Source: Amoebophrya sp. A120 (Eukaryota > Protista > Dinoflagellata). Taken from it: a DNA stretch of 64,000 nucleotides. The first letter of the stretch is position 1; each line of letters starts with the position of its first letter. The DNA is taken from assembly GCA_905178155.1 (NCBI GenBank), contig CAJINV010000012.1, positions 429,271 through 493,270 on the forward strand. The letters are read 5' to 3'. Under the pieces are notes generated by a model. The model ran no database searches and was not told the origin of the DNA. It saw only the letters and a list, made by a program, of their open reading frames with translations. This document shows positions 56,501 through 64,000 of the stretch, piece by piece. A program made the position numbers and the translations under genes.

Positions 56501-58594
56501 CCATGTGGCGCACTGTACAGCGACTCTGTCATGCGCTTCCGTTTATGTCAGACTTGTTTCTCATGCTCAGCTGCTAGCCGGATGCGTAGTAGTAGTACCC
56601 CAATGGGCTTACTAGCCGGATGCGTAGTACCCCAATGGGCTTAGAACAATATGCCATGTCCTTCTCTTGCCGCAATACAGAGCTCATTTGTGTACACAAA
56701 TCCAGCAACACAAATTGTCTTGTGAATATGGGGTGGGGGCTTTTTTCACTGTGATACACTCTCACCTCCCCGCATCGAGTCAGGATTTACGAGCTTCCAC
56801 CTCCGCACCGTGTCCACGAGAATCCCCTTTGCCGCGATGTTGTAGTGGTGGGAATTTAGGCCTATCAAATCTTGCGACATCAACACGAGGCGCAATTTCG
56901 GATCCGCAACTTCGTTGATTTGGTTCCTAATTTGCCGTGCGGCGGTGGACGAGAGGGTAGAGTCAAGGTCTTTCGACGTTTCATCATTTGGGTCGTGATT
57001 TTTGAGACTGCAGCTCCCGGAAGATGGAAAGGAGCCGACGGAGGAAGATTTACTCTGCGAGTGTTGTGAGTGCACTTGGGGTTGTACTACACGTACAGAT
57101 GAAGAAGAGCCAGACGTGGGAGGACAAAAATGATCCACTTGTATTTCATCTTGTGTGCCCGCCTGCTCGGAGGTTGTTGTAAAACTTCTGTCTGCAGCCT
57201 CGCCTGCTGAAATAAAAGCAGCTTGTCGTGATCTTAGTCCGTCGGATTGGTGTTCCTGCAGCACCAAAAGTGGATCACGCGCAACTGACTTCTTCCGTCT
57301 CTGTTGCAGATCCCAGCTCTCCTCCCATTCCTCCCGATACAGATTGTGCACACCAGACTGCCACACTGCCGGGACCCGTTGCGCTTTATGCATTCTGCAA
57401 AAGTTTCGTACCTCTAGTAGAAAACGCATGACAAAGAATTTTATTTCTGAAAGACGATATTAATTGGATTTCTCATGCGGCTCCTTCAGACAAAGAAGCA
57501 CATCTCGTCCTGTGATGCTGCATGACTATACATTTTTCATTTTCACACGAGAAGTACGAAACTTTTTCACAGGATCATACGCTTGCTCCGGAAACAACTC
57601 GACCAGCCGTCTGCAAGCGGGCAGGATGTTGTAAAAATCTTTGAGCTATGCTGTGCAAAAGTATCGTACTCGTATAAATGCAGGTCTTGCATTACAAATT
57701 TCTCTATCAAGGCAAATCAGCATTGCAAATTTTATTTCTCATGCTGAGAAAATTTGTAATGCATTTATACGAGTACGATACTTTTGCAGTTCATATGAGC
57801 GCTTCCTCCTCCTCCTCTTTTTGTGCTTTTGCTCCTTGCTCCTCTAAAACTTCGCGCAGCCAAGGAGCAATTTGTATTGCATCAGATCTAGTTCTTCCCG
57901 CACGAGGGTCCGGGTCGTGCACGTGCTGTTGCGAAGGCAAAAAGCCGAGGTTGCGGAGCCACGGAATCAGCTGCTGGCGATAGTGCGCAATCCACGCTTG
58001 TTGCTGCGAGTCCAGGCTGTCCGCGTTCATGAGCAGTGCCCGCAGTTTCGCATCCGCGATGGCGTTGATCGTCCTTTGGATGAACAAAGCAAGGGCGAAA
58101 GATGGACTCTCCGAGTCCAATCCACCCACCCGCATCATGGCATCCACTTGTCGGAGAAGCGCGGTTTCTTGCAGTGTCTTTTCATTTTGCTTTTCAATGT
58201 ATGCTTTTCCTACTCTTGTTCTTCTTGATTTTGACTTCAGTACCAATTTTCCCCGCGCATTGTAGTACCGCAATCTTCTTTCTTCGATCAGCTTTTTGCT
58301 TGCTTTTTCCAGTCGCGTCAAATCGTCATCTTGTTGCCCTTGTCCGCGGCCTTCAGCCAGATGTTGAGATGAAGTGGCGGGAACCAGTGCTACAGGAGCA
58401 GGTCCTGTGTTAATATCATCAGCGGGAGAAGAAGTAGTTTGAAACGCACTGGTACAACCGCAGTCAGCATCTGCTGCGCTGTCGTTTGCTGAAGATGCCG
58501 CTGCCGGCGAAAGCTGCCAGTGCTGGGGATTATGCGAAGTTGCATTTTCCCTTTTGTGCTGATGTTCTACTGGAGTTCGGAACATGCTCTTCAT
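53562..58594 (-). CDS. Family-3 orphan protein (1078 aa, 6 exons, three module copies)
   Basis: Five introners removed give 3237 nt: EAL|KDFYNILPACRRL..EQA|QRVP...GES|GNGYQWD|AWYV...WMKT|HGVD. Confidence 0.9.
55242..55395. mobile_element. Introner, family A
   Basis: TATGAATTGCAAAA...TTTTGCACAGGATA; DR TGTGG/TGTGT. Confidence 0.85.
55455..56371. mobile_element. Family-A introner with a nested MITE
   Basis: TATCCTCTGCAAAAGTATCGTACTCG...CGAGTACGATACTTTTGCAGTTCATA; exact DR GCGTC. Confidence 0.9.
55573..56334. mobile_element. 762-bp GC-rich MITE unrelated to the introners
   Basis: TIR GACGT(C/G)GCCT(C/A)GGTA; flanks ACGCAT/ATGCAT; many GCCTCGGTG / CACCGAGGC subterminal repeats. Confidence 0.85.
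56399..56756. mobile_element. Introner, family D, with an internal duplication of about 32 bp (56574-56643)
   Basis: TACCGTGAGGAAAAATCTCCCCTCCCCATAT...ATATGGGGTGGGGGCTTTTTTCACTGTGATA; DR CGCTC/CACTC. Confidence 0.85.
57387..57579. mobile_element. Introner, family A-like
   Basis: TATGCATTCTGCAAAAGTTTCGTAC...GTACGAAACTTTTTCACAGGATCATA; exact DR CGCTT. Confidence 0.9.
57647..57795. mobile_element. Introner, family A (inverted near-copy of 38919-39067)
   Basis: 149 bp; exact DR TGAGC. Confidence 0.95.
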
Positions 58595-58625
58595 TTTCAA
58601 TTTTCTGAACAAAACAAGTATCGCT

Positions 58626-58777
58626 ACCGCTTTCGTGGTGAAAGAACACGGAGCGGTTCGACCCTACAGGCAATTGATTACCGCTTTCGTGAAAGAACAC
58701 GGAGCGGTTCGACCCTACAGGCAATTGATTACCGCCTTCGTGAAAGAACACGGAGCGGGTCGATCCTAACGTCAATT
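58626..58777. repeat. 51-bp tandem repeat, 3 units, just upstream of the gene start
   Basis: TACCGCTTTCGTGAAAGAACACGGAGCGGTTCGACCCTACAGGCAATTGAT units; a single homologous copy lies at about 63075-63122. Confidence 0.9.
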
Positions 58778-59373
58778 GATAAAAATGTGGCAGAGTCGTA
58801 GGAAATTCCAATTGGAACAGCAGTCATGAAGTTCTTAACTGAAGGACGGAGAACGAAAATCAAGGCACGGAATAAAAATTACGTCTCCTCTCGACTTCAC
58901 CAAGTAGCGTGATTCTTATCGACATTAACGATCCAAAACACCGAGCGAAAGCGACATGGAGTGTTGAACAGGTTTATTTGACTACAAAGCACCCTGCTAC
59001 GACCTGATGCTTTCAGTTTCACTCCTTGCGCGACTTCTGTTTCGACACAGACGTGTCGCATATATAATCGTAATGAAATACGTACGAGTTTTGCTTTCAC
59101 AACGTCACGCCAGGACGTCCGCAGCCGATTTCTTGATGAAATTGTACATCGTTCCAAGTCTCTGTCTCGTGGTCGTTACTTTCTGTTTCTTTGAAAGTTC
59201 TGTCAGCAATGTTTGCGGTTGCGCTTCCTAACGAAGAGTAGTTTCTTGGAAATTTTAACAGGGTTATTGGAAGGACACGACGGTGAAGTGTTCGTGTTCC
59301 GAGGGAAGATGGAGGATTCTCTACAACTAGAATTGGATTCATAGACTCAGACGCTCGTCCAAAAATTCTTTTA

Positions 59374-62300
59374 TCAGTCCGCCTCGTCAACATCTTCATC
59401 CAAGTCCTTGAGAAGCTGCGCGAATCGCCGCGCTTTAGCCATATCCTGAGCGACAAACGCGTCCGCACGCTTGATTTTGTACTTCTCGCGCTGCTTGTTT
59501 TTCCAATCCGAAACCCCCTCGTGGTCTTCTTGGGGGGTCATTTGTTCTTGTCTCTCCGAAGTACAGAAGCTTGACCCCATGGTGTCTGCTTGTTTCTGTT
59601 GCTCTCCAGAGAGAAGTTCTATTCTGAGTAAAAACGTCCCCACCCCAGAGTCAAGATGGTAAATCTGCTAGACAAATCAACCAGCTTTGGCTGTTTCGCA
59701 TGACAAGTTTGTCCTTGTAGTGCGATCCTGTTTAGGTAGTTCAGCAGCATCACAGATCTAGCATATCATGCTGATTATAGCATCACAAATCGCAAAACAC
59801 GACTAGAAAATGCCTCTCATGGGGCTCAGCATGAGAAACTTTTTTGGCATGCAGATTCACATGACAACTCTGGTGTGGGGACATTTTTACTCAGGATAAG
59901 TTCTCTTCCAACTTCGCGGTTGCGATCTTGCTGGGTCATGATCCTCCCAGTGGTCTCATCGTGGCTCCGCAACTGCTGCTGATGCAGCTCTGTCGGCAAA
60001 CTATAGAGTGAAGAGCTACTATAACTATTCCCGCCGACGACATCCTGCGCCAGCACTTGGGCGAGCAGCTCCTCCAGTTCCAGGCTACAAGCCCACTGTT
60101 CCGCATGCTGGTCAATTAGGAGCTGCATTCTTTGCTGTGTTGCGGAAGTAGTAGAGAAGCCCCCCAAACCAGAACCCGCCTCGTCATTCTCATTCTCCGT
60201 GGATGATGTTGATGCAGTACTACTAGTCCAATGATCCGCGGCCGCTCGCGCGACGGGTAGAAGTTGAAGGAATTTTTCGTGTTCACTAGGACTCAAATCT
60301 GCGTCGTACCCGTGCGTTTTCATCCACTTACCCGCTTCGTGCCGAAGCCTCGCTGCGATGAAATAACAGTCCCAGTTGTAAGCGCTTGCCGTTCTACTTC
60401 GCTGGCAGAACTCAGGTACCAGTTGCCAATTCAGCGCTTTTTCTACCAGAATGCCCTTCGCCGCGATGTTGTAAAAGTTGGATTTTGGTCCGATCAAATC
60501 TTGCGTCATCAACACGAGGCGCAATTTCGGGTCCGTAACTTCGTTGATTTTTTTTCTGATTTTCAGTGCCGCGGACCACATCAAAGTTGTCGAGATAAAC
60601 TTGTCCACCTCTGCATCTACTTGTTGTTCTAACGTTGCATCGTAGTAATCTGGGTCGTCGTTCTTCCCGGAAGACGGAGGAGCATAGTACGGTCCCGTTT
60701 CTTGATGCGGAATTCTTGTCACTTCCTCGTTGCGCCGTTGTTCTTCGGCTAAAGATAAGGAAGACGAAGAGTCTTCATCAGAAGACGTGGGACCGTAAAA
60801 CTCTGCTATTTTATTTGCTCCTGCCTGTGCTGTTGTTGTTCCGCTTCCGTCCGTCTCTAGTGTTGCAAATGGTTCCCGTTCCGGTTGTTCTCCCCGTTGA
60901 TGATGCACTAGATGTTGCTGCATCAAAAGTGATGTATCAACTTCACCCGCATTTCTAAGATGCTTCCTCCTTTTCTCTTGCAGATCCCAGCTCTCCTGCC
61001 ACTCCTTCGGATACAGATTCACACCAGGCAGCCACGCATTTGGGATGCTTTTCGCTTCGGGATGAAACAAGTGGAACAGCCGTCTGCAAGCCGTATGGGG
61101 GTGTCAGGATCGGAATCGACAAAATCGAAAAACTTGTAATGCATGAAATGTAGGGCGCGCAAGGTCTGTGCTGGGGCGTAGGCAAATGAGACCGATTCCA
61201 AGACTGCTTCGGGGAAGACGATGCGCTGCCAGGGTAGCAGTACAGAAGCCGTCTTCTTTGCCCAAACAGCATGACAGAGTGGATTTTGGCGCTCCCGAAG
61301 TTTGTCATGCACCACTTGAAAACTGTGGCTCCAACTGGTATCGATTTTATGCATCACAAATCATTTCGATTTTGTTGATTTCGATCTGACAGTTCCATAA
61401 GCCGGGAGGATGTCGTAAAAATCCGCCACCGCTTCCTCCACCTCCTGCGAAGACTGCTGCTTATGGAAGCGTCAGGTTTGAAATCGACAAAGTTGAAAAG
61501 AAATGATTTGTCATGTATAAAATGGATACCAGTTGGAAGACCAATTTCTAAGCCGTGCATGACAAATATGGGTAGAGCCGAAATCCAGTTTGTAGTGCTG
61601 TTTGGGTAAGGAAGACGCCTTTTGTCATGCTACTTTCGCAGCTCTATTTCTACCCCGCAACAGGCTTACAATCTGCCTCACTTGCCTACTCTGCAAGCCA
61701 GGCACTTTGTGGGCTGCATTTTTTGCGTGACAAACTATTTCAACTCTGACGATTTCAATCCTGAGCCTGACACTCCCATACTGCTCCTCTTGCTGGTACA
61801 GAAAGCCTCGGTTGCGTAACCAAGGATGCAGCTGGCTGCGGTAGTGCGCAATATGGCGTTCTCAACTGTTACGCTCTCAACTGTTACATAAATTTGTAAT
61901 GCAAGAATAGCAAAAGTCAAAGGGGGGACGCTGCACATTTAGCATTACAAATTTCGCACAGATTTAGGCACTGTTCAGCCCTTCGCAAATTTGTCATGCG
62001 AAGCAGCTTGATCGTCTGGATCGGATGACGATAGTGCTTTTGCATGACAAATTCATGTAACAGCTGAGAATGTAACGTTTGAGAACCCCATACGCAAGGA
62101 AAGATCCGTGTGGGTTCGTGTCCACAAAAAACGACAGATGGAGGGAGAGAGCAATCTTGCTTGTTTTGTTCTCCGGTTGCTGAAGACTCCTACTTGTTGC
62201 TGTGCTACTAGAGAAACCAGAGGCGGCGGCACGTGTTTGCTTCAGCCTGTCGGAGGCCAAACTGTCGGCGTTCATGATATCCACTGCAAAAGTATCGTAC

Positions 62301-63032
62301 TCGCACTACCCTGTTTTTTTTCTAGGCAAACCCACATTACAAATCAAGTTTGTCATGCTAAGTCAATTTGCAAAATAAATGCAATTTAAACTAAGAACGT
62401 TACTTTTGCAATGCATACATGACTAGCGTTCGCAATGTCGGATCCGCGATGGCGTTGATTTCCCGTCGGACAAACATATCCTGTGAAAAAGTATCGCATT
62501 CGTAGTAATTATCGCGGTCATGCATTACAAATCTCCTTCCCAAGGCAAATCAGCAAGAGAAATTCCATTTGTAGTAATGCTGAGCGAATTTGTATTGCAA
62601 TTACTACGTAGTACGATACTTTTGCAGTGCATAAAGCAAAGCAAGGGCAAAGCAGGAACTCTCCAATCCACCAAACCGCATCATGGTATCTACTTTATTC
62701 CGGAGAAGAGTTGTATTTGGAGACGCCGAATAGAAGTTGGTCCCGCTTGTTTTTTCCGAATGCGATGACTTGTGCGGGTTTAACAGCCCCGCATCCGTTC
62801 CTCTTCTCTCTTCGATCAGCTTTCTGCTTACTTTTTTCAGTCGAGCTAAGTCAGCAAGAACAACTTCAGCCGGCTCTACATTGTCAGCGGGAGTTTGAAA
62901 CGCACCACTGCAGCTAGCATCTGCTGCCTTGTCGTCGTTGGCGGACGATGCGGGCGAAAGCCACTGGGAATGCGAAGCCGAACCCGGCGTGTTTTGCTGT
63001 TGCACCGGACTTCGGAAGTAGATGCTGTCCAT
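59374..63032 (-). CDS. Family-3 orphan protein (728 aa, 7 exons), tandem paralog of 53562..58594
   Basis: Six introners removed give 2187 nt: LALL|VRREINAIADPTLRTLVM|NADSL...FLA|HYRSQLHPWL...EEQ|QSS..DFYDILPA|CRRL...GRE|LLSG; near-identical C-terminus SDWK.KQR.KYKIK.ADAFV.QDM.KA.RFAQLL.DLD. Confidence 0.9.
59620..59898. mobile_element. Introner, family F
   Basis: TATTCTGAGTAAAAACGTCCCCAC...GTGGGGACATTTTTACTCAGGATA; exact DR AGTTC. Confidence 0.95.
61094..61399. mobile_element. Introner, family I
   Basis: TATGGGGGTGTCAGGATCGGAATCGAC...GTTGATTTCGATCTGACAGTTCCATA; exact DR AGCCG. Confidence 0.9.
61462..61780. mobile_element. Introner, family I
   Basis: TATGGAAGCGTCAGG...CCTGACACTCCCATA; exact DR CTGCT. 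Confidence 0.9.
61852..62092. mobile_element. Introner, family E
   Basis: TATGGCGTTCTCAACTGTTAC...GTAACGTTTGAGAACCCCATA; exact DR CGCAA; interior similar to 29018-29253. Confidence 0.95.
62278..62417. mobile_element. Introner, family A
   Basis: TATCCACTGCAAAAGTA...TACTTTTGCAATGCATA; exact DR CATGA. Confidence 0.9.
62477..62633. mobile_element. Introner, family A
   Basis: TATCCTGTGAAAAAGTATCG...CGATACTTTTGCAGTGCATA; DR AAACA/AAGCA. Confidence 0.9.
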
Positions 63033-64000
63033 TTTCAATTTTTCGTGATAAAATAAGTGTCACTATTGATACATAGCGCTTTCGTGAAAGTCCACAAAGC
63101 GATTCGATCCTAAAGTGAATTGTTTTTTGTGAGATGTAAATTATTTTGAGCAGGCTGCACCTGACTCCAAGCATGACGAAAAACGAATCGAGGCCCGGAA
63201 AAACTACGTCTCTCTCGGTGTGACCAAGTGATGTGGTTCAATTCGTGCTTTACTCGACGACAAAGGAATGCGTGCGATCCTCAAACTAAGGTACTAACTT
63301 ACTATCATCACGAACTTCATATACTTGCCTCACTCTCGGATTCTGAAAGACTAGGACAAACACGACCCACAAACCGAATAAACGTTTATTTGTGAAGATG
63401 AAACATTGCATGATGAAATTGATGGAACCCTAAGAGCGCGAGCGACATGGAAAGAACAGGCTTTGACAAGATCTTCTTCCTTAGGGCTTGTGCTTTCACC
63501 TCATGGGGTCCTGTTCGGGAGGCAAGTACAACTTGTATTGATCGAGACGTGCTGTCGCATGGTAAAAGTACGGGGCTATCCTTATCTTTCCGCCGGTTCA
63601 TTTTTTCAACAGTAAAAAACATGAAATCATGAGGCGTTCATTTGGGATATTTTTTTTGTTTTTTTGATGCTTTTTCTGTAGGGCGCCATAGTGTGACGCT
63701 AGTGTCGTCGTGGTAAATATGAAATTCGATAATAGTTGGGGTCGTCGTGTAAAACGGTGCCCGTAAGGCAAAACAGCCTTACGAATGATCAATTAAAAGA
63801 TTGAATTCCAGTACTTATAGTAGAAACAAGCGCTCTCTCGCTGGCGACCCCAAGCAGCGAGAGCCTGCGCTTCAGATTTTCGTTAGTGACGGTTGTAACA
63901 GCTGCGATGAATCATTGTATTTGTAGATGTTTCTTCTACACTTCTTGTCGCTGCTATACGGTGCTGATGAAAAATGATATATTTCAGCAACCGCCTTTTG

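Noticed and set aside
58626-58777. CRISPR-like array
   Set aside because: The repeats are contiguous with no unique spacers, there are no cas genes and the context is eukaryotic.
28600-62700. Recurrent short ORF peptides such as QKYRT, DPDIFAF, ICHA, FVMQ and MTN
   Set aside because: These are translations of introner TIRs and the shared motif, not protein repeats.

Overview
Eukaryotic genomic DNA, most likely from a dinoflagellate-lineage parasite. Amoebophrya (Syndiniales) is inferred from a perfect dinoflagellate spliced-leader copy, near-unidirectional minus-strand genes and the intron type. The dominant feature is about 38 short elements (mostly 140-400 bp) in about 10 sequence families (letters A-J are my labels). 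Nearly all begin TA(T) and end (A)TA, carry terminal inverted repeats (TIRs), are flanked by a 5-bp direct repeat (DR), and contain several copies of a shared motif, (T/C)TGT(C/A/G)ATGC or its complement. Removing the element plus one DR copy by hand restores the reading frame at 32 junctions and gives six complete genes (344, 1332, 287, 1455, 1078 and 728 aa). These elements therefore look like mobile non-GT-AG introns (introners), and they occur in both orientations. Three introners host secondary insertions: a 2.16-kb spliced-leader-capped retrocopy, a 762-bp MITE and a hairpin/minisatellite cassette. The window also holds a Ty1/copia retrotransposon (gag and pol in frame, split by one TGA; 5' LTR mostly deleted), three locally expanded orphan gene families, two EF-hand genes (one with canonical GT-AG introns) and a GC-rich hairpin array between 31-bp direct repeats. 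No transposase for the introners is visible. All splicing is inferred from sequence, not from transcripts.
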